A DNA stretch of 64,000 nucleotides from an uncultured Candidatus Rokubacteria bacterium (GTDB lineage: Bacteria > Methylomirabilota > Methylomirabilia > Rokubacteriales > CSP1-6), in contig CAVWWD010000009.1 of NCBI GenBank assembly GCA_963758635.1, positions 1 to 64,000 of the forward strand, read 5' to 3'. Positions 22,854 through 32,773 of the stretch are shown piece after piece. The notes under the pieces were generated by a model, which ran no database searches, was not told the DNA's origin, and saw only the letters and a list, made by a program, of their open reading frames with translations. The number at the start of each line of letters is the position of its first letter. Positions within the stretch are counted from its first letter, which is position 1. Both the position numbers and the translations under genes were made by a program.

Positions 22854-23229
22854 CGGCTCGTGGCTCCGCGGCGAGAAGCGCCTGGATCTTCCCGAGGAGG
22901 CGCTCGAAGTCGACCGGCTTCGTGTCGAAGTCGTCGCAGCCGGCGGCCAGGGACTTCTCTCGATCGCCGGCCATCGCGTGGGCGGTGAGGGCGATGACCG
23001 GGGTGCCGCGCGTGGCGGCGTCGGCCTTGAGCTGGCGCGTGGCCTCCCAGCCGTCGATGCCGGGCAGGCTCATGTCCATGAGGACGAGCGCGGGGCCCTC
23101 GGCGCGCGCCATCGCCACGCCCTGCTCGCCGTCCACCGCGACCACGACCTCGTAGCCCCGGCGCTGCAGCCGGCGCGAGAGCATGTCCCGGTTCATCTCG
23201 TTGTCCTCGACGAGCAGGATCTTGGCCAT
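22850..23229 (-). CDS. Single-domain response regulator (DivK/CheY-like); stop approximate
   Basis: MAKILLVEDNEMNRDML..LMDMSLP..ALTAHAM..FDTKPV. Confidence 0.9.
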
Positions 23230-23280
23230 GCGCGCGTCTCCTGGATTGACTTGGTCATATTCATAGTCCACTATCGGATC

Positions 23281-23526
23281 ATGATCAAGATCAATATCCA
23301 CGAGGCGAAGACTCATCTTTCCAAGTACCTCGCCCGGGTCGCCGCTGGGGAGACCATCGTCGTGTGCAACCGGAACGTGCCGGTGGCCGAGATCCGGCCC
23401 GTGCCCGCGCATCGGACCCGGCCACGGCCGGTGGGACTCGCCCGCGGAACGTTCACCGTGCCGCCGGCCTTCTTCGAGCCCTTGCCGGATGCCGAGATGG
23501 ACGCGTGGACCGGCCCGCCGCAGTGA
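23281..23526 (+). CDS. Phd/YefM-family antitoxin
   Basis: MIKINIHEAKTHLSKYLARVAAGE..FFEPLP; TTGACT and a TGAC-N3-GTCA palindrome just upstream. Confidence 0.9.
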   Translation: MIKINIHEAKTHLSKYLARVAAGETIVVCNRNVPVAEIRPVPAHRTRPRPVGLARGTFTVPPAFFEPLPDAEMDAWTGPPQ

Positions 23527-23910
23527 GACTGCTCCTCGATACCTGCACCTTCTTGTGGGTCGCGAGCGGGGCGCACGATCTCTCGGCGCGGGCGCGCGAC
23601 CTGTTCACGGACCCGGACAACGAAGTGTTTCTGAGCGCGGTCTCGGCATGGGAGATCGCCCTGAAGCACGCCGCCGGGCGGCTGCCGCTGCCGGAGCCGC
23701 CCGATCGGTTCGTGCCGGCCGAGCGGCGCCGCCACGGTATCCGACAGCCTGGACCTCGACGAGGAGTCGGCCCTGCACCTGGCAAGGCTGCCCCCGCTCC
23801 ATCGGGACCCCTTCGACCGCATGCTCGTGTGCCAGGCCATCGTCCACAGTCTGCTCATTCTCGGCCCGGACCCGCTGATCGCGCAGTATCCGATCCGCAC
23901 GACCTGGTAG
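23523..23910 (+). CDS. vapC: PIN-domain toxin (frameshift near 23745)
   Basis: VRLLLDTCTFLW..SAVSAWEIALK..HRDPFDRMLVCQA..RTTW*. Confidence 0.9.
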
Positions 23911-23942
23911 CGGGTTCCCGCGTCCTCCGCCTTGGGTCCTGG

Positions 23943-23960
23943 CTACCAGAGCGCTCTCAT
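23943..23960 (-). pseudogene. 18-nt scar of a deleted vapC
   Basis: ATG AGA GCG CTC TGG TAG, overlapping the antitoxin stop as ATGA. Confidence 0.6.
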
Positions 23961-24184
23961 CGCTCCCAGGCCGCAATTTCCTTCTCGGGCAGCGGCTCGA
24001 AGAACGCCTTGGTGACCTTGCCCTTCAGGAGTCCGGGCTTGCGCTTCCGCACCGGGCGCACCGGCACCAGCCGCACGTAGGGCTTGCCGGCCTTGGCGAG
24101 GATGATCTCCTCGCCCTGGTGGACCCGGTCGAGAATGCGCGAGAGGTGCGTCTTCGCCTCGTGGACGTTGATGAGAGTGGCCAT
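23957..24184 (-). CDS. Orphan Phd/YefM-family antitoxin
   Basis: MATLINVHEAKTHLSRILDRVHQGEEIILAKAGKP..FFEPLP; TTAGTCA direct repeat upstream. Confidence 0.9.
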   Translation of the reverse strand: MATLINVHEAKTHLSRILDRVHQGEEIILAKAGKPYVRLVPVRPVRKRKPGLLKGKVTKAFFEPLPEKEIAAWER

Positions 24185-24398
24185 CGGCTCACCCACATGA
24201 CTAAGTTGACTAACTCTAGCATGCACTCCCGGGGCCGGCCGGCGACCTGGCAACCACCAAGCCTCGACGGCCCTGGCCCCGCCTGACGCCAGAGGCGTCA
24301 TATGGGATGACAAATGACGACTGATGGCGTCACCTGTTGCCGACCAGCCGAGCGGGGTGTCCACGCACGTTCGGAGCCCACTGGAGCGGCGAGTACGG

Positions 24399-27300
24399 CT
24401 AGCACGCCACCTCGCCGGGCCGGACGCGACGCCGGTGGACCGAGGCGCCGACGAGGCGCGCACCTCGGCGAGCAGGTGCCTCCCGGCCGTAGGCGCCCTT
24501 CCGGAGGATGCGCTCCACCTAGCCGTTGAGGCGCCGGTGGTCCTCGGGCGAGAGGTCCATGGCGGTGACCACGAGGACCGGGATCGCGCGGCTCGCCTCG
24601 TCCCGCCGCAGCTCCTCCAGGAACTCGAAGCCGTCCATCTCCGGCATCATCAGGTCGAGCAGGATCGCGCCCGGCGCGCGCTCGCGGACCCGCTCCAGCG
24701 CGGCGCGGCCGTTGTCGGCCTCGACCACGGCGTAGCCTTCCCTCTCCAGCATGCGGCGGAGGAGCTCGCGCACGTCGGGTCGTCGTCCACCACCAGCACC
24801 GGCAGATCGCGCCGGTGGGGGGCCAGCACGGCGAGCAGGCGCTCCCGGTCGACCGGCTTGGTGAGGTAGTCGGCGGCGCCCAGCGCGTAGCCGAGGCTCC
24901 GGTCGTCCAGCATCGTCAGCATGACGACGGGGATGGCCGCGGTGGCGGCGTCCCCCTTCAGCGCGGTGAGCACGGCCCAGCCGTCCATGCCCCGGCATCA
25001 TCACGTCCAGCGTGATGGCGTCGGGCCGGAGGTCACGCGCCAGGCCGCAGCCCCTCCTCGCCGCCGGCCGCGGTGGCGACCCGGAACCCTTCCCGGACGA
25101 GGAAGCGCTGCATGACCTCGCGCACCGCCGGGTCGTCGTCGATGACCAGGACCAGGCCCGCGCCCGGCGCCGCGTCCGCCGGGACGCGCCGCCGCGCGGC
25201 GGCGCGGGCTCCCGACCTCCGACGGGAGGCGGATGGTGAACGTGCTCCCGCGCCCCGGCTCGCTCGCGACCGGTCAGGTCGCCGCCCATCAGCCGGCAGA
25301 GCCGGCGGCTGATCGCCAGCCCGAGCCCGGTCCCGCCGTAGCGCCGGCTCGTGGAGGCCTCGGCCTGGGAGAACGCCTCGAACAGGCGCCCGAGCTGCTC
25401 CTCGGTCATGCCGATGCCGGTGTCGATCACGTCGAACACGAGACGGTCCCGCCGTCGCCGGGCTCCCGGCGGACGGCGAGCGACACCGTGCCGTGCTCGG
25501 TGAACTTGCCGGCGTTGGAGAGCAGGTTGAACAGCGCCTGGCGCACCTTGGTCAGGTCGGCCTGCATCTCGCCCACGCGCGGGATCGCAGCGCACATCGA
25601 CGCGGTTGCCGTTCTTGTCGGCGAGCGGCTGGACGACGCCGGCGACGTCCTCGACCAGCCGTCGGACGCTGAACGTCTCGAGGTAGAGGTCCATCCGGCC
25701 GGCCTCGATCTTCGAGAGGTCGAGGATGTCGTTGATCAGCCCCAGCAGGTGCTTGCCGGCGGCGTTGATCTTCTGGAGGTCGGGGAGGAACGCCTCCTGC
25801 GCCAGGTCCTCGGCCTCCTCCTGGAGCATCTCGGAGTAGCCGATGATGGCGTTGAGCGGCGTCCGCAGCTCGTGGGACATGCTGGCCAGGAACTCCGACT
25901 TGTGCTGGCTGGCCACGTCGAGCTGCCGGAACAGGCGCGCGTTCTGGATGGCCAGCGCCGACTGGGTGGCGAAGGTCTGGAGCAGGCTCACCACCTCGGG
26001 CTCGAAGCTCCCCGACCGTCGTCCGCAGCACGATGAGGCTGCCCAGCACGCGCCCCTCGCGGAGCAGCGGGACGGCCAGCAGCGCGCGGTACCCCGTGCG
26101 GACCAGGACGCTCCTTGACCGGCTCTCGTAGGCGCCCGGGGCCGCGATGTCGGGGATCTCGACGGGCTCGGGCGTGATGGCCAGCCGGCCCGTCGCCCCC
26201 TCCCCCTGCGCTGGGGCGCCTGGCGCGCGATCCCAGGTATTCCTCGGTGCAGGCCCTCGGTGGCGCGCAGGTGGAACTCCTCCGCCGCCTCGTCGTACTC
26301 GTAGATGGCCCCGCCCGCGGCGCCGCAGAGCTGCACGGCGCGCGCCACGATGGTCGTGAGCACCGTCCCGAGCTCCAGCGACGAGCTGACGGCCTGCCCC
26401 ACCTCGCCCAGCGCCGTGAGCTGGCCGACCGAGCGCGTCAGCGCCGCCGTCCGCTCCTGCAGCTCGTTGAACAGCCGCGCGTTCTCGATGGCGATGACCG
26501 CCTGGTCGGCGAAGGTCTCGAGCAGCTCGATCTGCCGGTCGCGAGAACGGCCCGGCTCGGTCGCTCCACGGCGATCGCGCCGATCGGCTCGCCGTCGCGC
26601 AGCATCGGCACGGCGAGGAGGCTCCGGAACCCGCCGGCCGCGCGAACTGGCCCTTGAGCTCGTACGCCGGATCGTCGAGCACGTCCGGGAGTGCACGACC
26701 CCGCGTCGAGGATCGCGCGCGCCCGACTCCGCACGGCTCGCGGCCGGCCTCGGATACGCGCGCGCGGAGCGCCTCGGTCCCTCAGCGATCCAGTTGTGGA
26801 GCGCGACCGACGTGGACACGCTCGCCGTCGAACCGCGAGCACGCCGCCTGTACGTCGGCGCCGCACAGCCGCACCGCGCTCGTCGACGATGGTGTCGAAC
26901 ACCGGCTGGACGTCGGTCGGCGACCGGCTGATGACGCGCAGGATCTCGCCGGTGGCCGTCTGCTGCTCCAGCGCCTCGGTCAGCTCGGCGTTGCGCGCCT
27001 CCAGCTCCTTGAACAGCCGCACGTTCTCGATGGCGATGACGGCCTGGTCGGCGAAGGTCTGCAGCAGCGCGATCTGCTTGTCGGTGAACGGCTCGGACCT
27101 CACTCGGCGGATCAGCGATCGCGCCGATGGCCGCGCCCTCGCGCAGCAGCGGCACGGCAGAGCGCTCGTCCGGAAGCCGCTGCACGCGACGTCGGCGTAC
27201 TCGGGTCCGCGGAACGTCGGCGCATCGTGACGACGGTCCTGCGAGGATGACGCGCGCCGGTCGAGATCGCGCGTGCCCGGCCACGCGCGGCCGCGGCTGA

Positions 27301-29900
27301 TCGCTCGCATCGACCTCGCAGGCACCGCCGCGGTCGGGACCCGTGGTGCGCCACGACGTCGGATGCAGCTCGCCGTCGAGCCGGAAGACCGCAGCGTCGT
27401 AGCGCGCCGCAGAGCCGCGCGGCGCTCTCGGCGATCGTGTCGAAGGACGGGCTGGACGTCGGTCGGCGAGCCGCAGATCACGCGGAGGATCTCGGCTGGT
27501 CGCCGTCTGCTGCTCCAGCGCCTCGGTGCAGTCGCGGTTGCGCGCCTACCAGCTCCTTGAACAGGCGGACGTTCTCGATGGCGATCACCGCCTGGTCGGC
27601 GAAGGTCTCGAGCAGCGCGATCTGCTTCTCGGTGAACGGCCGCGACCTCGGCCGCGGACGGTAGATCGCGCCGATCGGCCTCGCCCTCGCGCAGCAGCGG
27701 GAACGGCCAGCGCTGCGTCCGGTAGTCGCCGACCGCTCGGCCTGCGCCCAGTCGTACTCCGGGATCCGCCGGCACGTCGTGGATGTGCACGACGCGCGCG
27801 CTCCAGGAGGCGCGGCCGACCGCCGATCGCGTCGGCGAGGGTCGCGATCGGCATGTCCATCGGCGCGCATCGGCGATCGCGCTGATGTGCGCCGCGACGC
27901 GACAGACGGCGCTCTCGCCGTCGAGCCGGACGACGGCGTCGTCGCGCCGCAGAGCCGGGCCGCGCTCTCGGCGATGGCGTCGAGCACCGGCTGCACGTCG
28001 GTCGGCGACGCGGCGATGACCCGCAGGATCTCGCTGGTGGCCGTCTGCTGCTCCAGCGCCTCGGTCAGCTCGCGGTTCCGCGCCTCGAGCTCCTTGAACA
28101 GCCGCACGTTCTCGATGGCGATCACCGCCTGGTCGGCGAAGGTCTGGAGCAGCGCGATCTGCTTGTCGGAGAACGGCTGCGGTTCGGCCCGGATGACGGT
28201 GATGGCCCCGATGGGTTCTCCTCACGCAGCATCGGCACCGAGAGGGCGCTCCGCCAGCCGCCCGACCGCGCGAGGTCGCAGGATACTCGGGATCCTCGAG
28301 GACGTCGGACACGTGGACCATCGCGCGCGTGAGGACCGCCCGGCCGGAGATCTGCGCCACGGCCGGCGCCTCGGATACGCTCGCTCGACCCGGCCGCCGC
28401 CGGTGACACGTGCGGTGGCGGCGCGGTGGATGAGCTCGCCGTCGAACCGGAAGACCCCGCGAAACGCAGCGCACAGCGCTGCGCGCTCTCCGCGATGGCG
28501 TCGAACACCGGCTGCACGTCGGTCGGCGAAGGCGCTGATGACGCGCAGGATCTCGCTGGTCGCCGTCTGCTGGTCGAGCGCCTCGGTCAGGTCCGGTTGC
28601 GCGCCCCCAGCTCGTTGAACAGCCGCGCGTTCTCGATGGCGATGACCGCCTGGTCGGCGAACGTCTCGATCAGCGCGATCTGCCCGGCGCTGAACGGCCG
28701 CACCTCGAATCGGAACAGAATGATCACGCCGAGCAGCTCGTCGCCCCTGGACACGGGCACGCCGAGCACCGTTCGCGTCGGCGCCGGGTCCGACTCGCCG
28801 ACGCGGTAGGTGTACTCGGGATCCGCGTGCATGTCGTGGATGTGGACGGTGCGTCTCTCGAGGCGCGGCGCGAGCGGCCGCCGAATGACGCCCCGGCCGA
28901 ATGGGGTTGGCTTCCACGAAGGCCCGGCGCTCGGCCGAGACAGTGTGCGCGGCCACCAGGCGCAGCACGTCGCCGTCGAGCCGGAGGATGAAGGCGTGTT
29001 GCGCCTGGCACAACCGGACCGCACTCTCGGCGAGCGCCTCGAAGACCGGCTGGAGGTCGACGTTCGACCGGCCGATCACCTTGAGCAGCTCGCTCGTCGC
29101 GGTTTGCTGCTCGAGCGCCTCGGTGAGCGCGCCGTTCCTGGTCCTCAGCTCGTCGAACAGCTGGACGTTCCCCATCGCGATGACCGCCTGGTCGGCGAAG
29201 GTCTGGACGAGGGTGACCTCCTGCGCGGAGAAGGGTCTGACCTCCGACCGGACGAGGTTGATCGTGCCGATCAGGCGCCCATCCCGGAAGAGGGGCACGC
29301 CGAGGAAGCTCCGGATGGCCAGCGCCTGCCGGGCGCCGGCGGGGTCGCCACCCCATAGTCCGGGTCCAGCTCGATGTCGTGGACGTGCAGCGTCTCCCGC
29401 GCCAGGACCGTTCGGCCGGTGAGCGTCGCCCGATCGGGAGGCCGGGGCCAGACGCGGCGCAGCGCGTCTTCCTGCTCGATGCTGGTGCCGCGCGCCGCGA
29501 CCCAGTGGATGAGCTCGCCGTCGAACCGGAATACCGCGGCGAACGAGCACCCACACAGCCGGAAGGCGCTGTCGACGATGGCCTGCGCCACCGGCTCCAG
29601 GTCCGCGGGCGAGCTCGAGATGATCCGAAGGATCTCGGCCGTCGCCGCCTGCCGGCTCAGCGACTCGGCGGCGCGCGCCCGCTCCGCGGCCAGCTCGCTC
29701 TCGAGGTCGGAGACGCGCGCCTGGAGCGCGGCCACCTCGCTGGCGGCGACCCGGTCGGAGGTGGCGCCGCCCGGCGGACCGACCCGCGACGCGCCCGGCG
29801 CGGGCGCGGCCTTGGGACGCGCGCCGCGCGTGCCCTTCCCCCCGGTCGATGACCGGGCCGGAGCCCGCTTCGCCGGGCGCCGCTTGCGCGACTCGCTCAC
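24399..29900 (-). CDS. Giant hybrid histidine kinase 1: 7xGAF-HisKA-HATPase-2xREC (many frameshifts, TAG at 24519)
   Basis: Six [11 protein letters not shown] plus one [14 protein letters not shown] ends; [27 protein letters not shown]; two receiver domains. Confidence 0.85.
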
Positions 29901-30111
29901 GGGGTCGGGCTCTGCGAGCGGGGTCGCTGCACTATTTGACGATGATCGAAGGAGCGCACCACGTTCCCTTCTCTTCGGGTCGGTCGGGTCAGCCCCAGGC
30001 CCGGGGCGAGTTAGCACTCCGGCTTCCTGCACCTCACGGTCACCAGCGGTGATGGGATTCGTCTCCCGCGGGCTCGGCCAGGTCGTGGCCAGACGCCGCC
30101 GTCAGCGTCGC

Positions 30112-30555
30112 CTACTTCGCCAGGTAATCGCGGAGCTGGAGCACCCGGAGCCCGGGCACATCCGGCAGACGCCGATCGTTCGTGAGATACGCGGTCGACC
30201 GCGCCCGGAGCGCCGCGGCGACCTGGAGGGCATCGGGCGTCCTCATCCCCGTCAAGGCGCGGATCTCGGCTCCCGCCCGCAAGAGCGCCCCGTCGATGTC
30301 CACCATCCGGATCCCCCGGCTCCTGGTGAGCACGGTCTCGTACTGCCGGCGGGCGCAGTCTCCCGCGCGGTATGGCACCACCAGCACCTCGAGCAGGGTC
30401 ACCCCCGAGGTCACCGCCGGCCAGCGACCGCCGTCCACGGCGGCGAACACGGGCTCGACGAGGGGAAGGAAGCGCGGGTGCTCCTCGATGAGGTAGATGA
30501 AGATCGCGGTGTCGAGGCCGACCGGTCCCGCGCCAATGTCCTCGATCAATCCCAC
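30112..30555 (-). CDS. vapC: PIN-domain toxin
   Basis: VGLDTAIFIY..TLLEVLV..RTPDALQVAAA..LTND. Confidence 0.9.
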   Translation of the reverse strand: MGLIEDIGAGPVGLDTAIFIYLIEEHPRFLPLVEPVFAAVDGGRWPAVTSGVTLLEVLVVPYRAGDCARRQYETVLTRSRGIRMVDIDGALLRAGAEIRALTGMRTPDALQVAAALRARSTAYLTNDRRLPDVPGLRVLQLRDYLAK

Positions 30556-30776
30556 GCGCGCCGTTCCCGGGTCACGTGGCGGCCCGCGTCGACCCGGCGC
30601 CAACGCTCCTTGCCCAGCCCCCTCAGCTCGAGGATCGAGCGGGCCTCGGGCTCTTCCAGGGCGCGGCTGAGCAGGTGAACGACCTCTTGGGCCACCGACC
30701 GGCGCTGCCGGCGCGCGTGGGCCTGGAGCTTCCGGTACAGCGCGTCGGGCATGTTCTTGACGTTCAGGGTCGCCAT
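30546..30776 (-). CDS. FitA/Arc-like ribbon-helix-helix antitoxin
   Basis: MATLNVKNMPDALYRKL..RRSVAQEV; upstream TTGACC..CAGAAT and AATGGAGG direct repeat. Confidence 0.85.
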   Translation of the reverse strand: MATLNVKNMPDALYRKLQAHARRQRRSVAQEVVHLLSRALEEPEARSILELRGLGKERWRRVDAGRHVTRERRAWD

Positions 30777-30916
30777 GGTCGGGCCTCCATTTTTCCTCCA
30801 TTCTGGAGGACCCAGGCGCTGGCGGTCAACGCCCCCCGCGACCCCCGCACCGACCGAGACCGGTGCCGCCGTCCGATCGATTCGCGGATATGCTGTATTG
30901 AGGCCCTGGACGGGAG

Positions 30917-30953
30917 TTGACACGTATGCCTGCGCACACTATTGTGTATGCAT
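30917..30953 (+). promoter_or_regulatory. sigma70 promoter with imperfect palindromic operator for TA operon
   Basis: TTGACA-17nt-TATTGT inside TGCGCACAC..TGTGTATGCA. Confidence 0.65.
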
Positions 30954-30979
30954 CCGTCCGGCCCCGGAGGCGCTTGCTG

Positions 30980-31185
30980 ATGGCGAGAGCCAAGGTCTTG
31001 AAGCGAAAGTCTTTCTTCGTGGACGAGCGTGCCGTCGCCCGGGCCCGGAAGGTCCTGGGCGCGGCGACCGACTGTGGTGGTCATTTGGCTCTCCGGTGGA
31101 ACGCATGGCCGAGATGGAAGAGTTCTGGCGATTCATGAAGCGCACCTACGGCTCCCTCCGGCGCGGGAGCTTCGCGGTCCGCTAG
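30980..31185 (+). CDS. Putative VapB-type antitoxin (frameshifted)
   Basis: MARAKVLKRKSFFVDERAVARARKVLG..EEFWRFM; directly upstream of a PIN gene. Confidence 0.7.
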
Positions 31186-31186
31186 G

Positions 31187-31601
31187 GTGCCCGGTGCCGT
31201 TCTCGACACCAGCGTCTACATCGGCCACTGGGAACGGGGGCTGCACGAGGAGGCGCTCGAACACGTTCGCCGGACCTTTGTCGTGCGCCACTCGGCGGTG
31301 GTGCTGTCCGAGCTGCGTCGCGGCGCGCGGAATCGTGAGGCCCGGCGCAGGGTGGAAAGCCTCTACCGCTTCGCCCGAGTGCGCTGGGAGCCGACGGCCG
31401 ACGACTGGTGGGAGGCGGGACATCTCATCCGCGTCATCGGCGATCCGAGGGGCTGCGCACCCGGGCAAGCAGCGGGACTTCCAGAACGACGTTCTGATCG
31501 CCCTGACCGCCCGGCGTCACGGCGCCACCGTGGTCACCGCCAATCGACGGGACTTCGAGTTGCTGGCCGGTGAGCTTCCGCTTTCGATCCTCGTGGTCTG
31601 A
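31187..31601 (+). CDS. vapC: PIN-domain toxin (frameshift near 31455)
   Basis: AVLDTSVYI..VVLSELRRG..NDVLIALTA..TANRRDF. Confidence 0.9.
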
Positions 31602-31863
31602 GAACCCCGGTCGCGCGATTCATCTCCATGCGAAAGGCGATCAAGCGTGAGCGCGAAATTTGGACAGCATGGTGCTCCTCGACGTCACTCGACCGATCGC
31701 GGAGCTCGCGGGTCGTTTCAAGCAGCGAGAGCGCGCCCGCCGGCTCGAACTCGCCGACTGCCTGATCGCCGCCACTGCCGTGGTCGAGGCCGCGCCGCTC
31801 GCCACCGGCAACACGCGCGACTACCCGATGCCGGAGCTGACGGTCCTCGCCGCGCGGGCCTGA
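31602..31863 (+). pseudogene. 5'-truncated PIN toxin fragment
   Basis: IAELAG..LADCLIAATA..LATGNTRDYP with no N-terminal DT motif and no antitoxin. Confidence 0.75.
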
Positions 31864-31877
31864 GGCCGAGTCCACGG

Positions 31878-31989
31878 TCACGCGCTGTCTCCCCGCCGCG
31901 CGCGGGCGGCGACGAGAGCGCGCACCTCGGCGAGCAACGCCTCCCGGTCGTACGCGCCCTTCTGGAGAATGCGCGTCACCGACCCGTTG
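31878..31989 (-). repeat. Orphan copy of the hybrid-kinase 3' tail
   Basis: NGSVTRILQKGAYDREALLAEVRALVAA..SA*; matches 32774-32883 and 24399-24530 at DNA level. Confidence 0.9.
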
Positions 31990-32041
31990 GTCGCCCGTCG
32001 GGCCGGGAGCGTCTGGAGGCCCGGGACCGCGCTCGACCCTG

Positions 32042-32458
32042 CTAGGGGAGCGTCAGGCGCTCGACCCGAGGCCCGGGACCGAGCGGAAGTGCGCTTCGTC
32101 CTGAGGACCCACGACGACGCCATAGCCGAGGTGCAAGGCAGTGGCCGCGACGGCCAGATCGTTGGCCGGGATGAGTCGCCCTTGTCGGCTCAGCGCTGCG
32201 AACAGCTCTGCCCACCGCTCGGCGATCGACAGACCGAAATCGACCACCAGGACCTTGGCGAAGAGGGCATCGAGCTTGGCCCGCCTGGTGGCCACCCGGG
32301 CCGAGCCGCGGGCAAGGCGAAGCCCGGTGAGGAGCTCGGCGCACAACGATGGCCGGAAGCACCGCTGGCTCGTCGCCGAGCGTGGCCAGAGCCGCATCCC
32401 ACGTCGTGGATGCGCGCTCGACGGCCACGAGCGCGCTGGTATCGATCACGAGGCCCAC
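32042..32458 (-). CDS. vapC: PIN-domain toxin (frameshift near 32345)
   Basis: [33 protein letters not shown]. Confidence 0.9.
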   Translation of the reverse strand: MGLVIDTSALVAVERASTTWDAALATLGDEPAVLPAIVVRRAPHRASPCPRLGPGGHQAGQARCPLRQGPGGRFRSVDRRAVGRAVRSAEPTRATHPGQRSGRRGHCLAPRLWRRRGSSGRSALPLGPGPRVERLTLP

Positions 32459-32715
32459 GGATCTCCGGCGAGGGCGATCGGCAGTCACCGACGCGCTGGA
32501 GATCGGCGGCGAAAGCGGGGTCCGCCCGTCCTGCGCCCCGCCAGGCCGTGCAGGGCCTCGCGAAGCGTGGTCGTCGCCTTGCCAGGCACCGGCACGAGCC
32601 GCGCCACCGGATCGCCATTCCGCTCGACCAGGAACGAATCTCCCCGGTATCGCACGCGGCCGAGGATGTCCCCCAACCGGCGCGCCAGCTCGGTCGCGGA
32701 GATCCGTCCCTCCAT
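32449..32715 (-). CDS. Phd/YefM-family antitoxin (frameshifted; end approximate)
   Basis: MEGRISATELARRLGDILGRVRYRGDSFLVERNGDPVARL. Confidence 0.85.
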
Positions 32716-32722
32716 GCTCGGG

Positions 32723-32751
32723 ATTCTACGGAGTCCTGCATTCCCTGTAAA
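32723..32751 (-). promoter_or_regulatory. sigma70 promoter for TA operon (near-leaderless)
   Basis: TTTACA-17nt-TAGAAT, 7 nt before ATG. Confidence 0.65.
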
Positions 32752-32773
32752 TACGGACTTTCCAGGACCGGGG

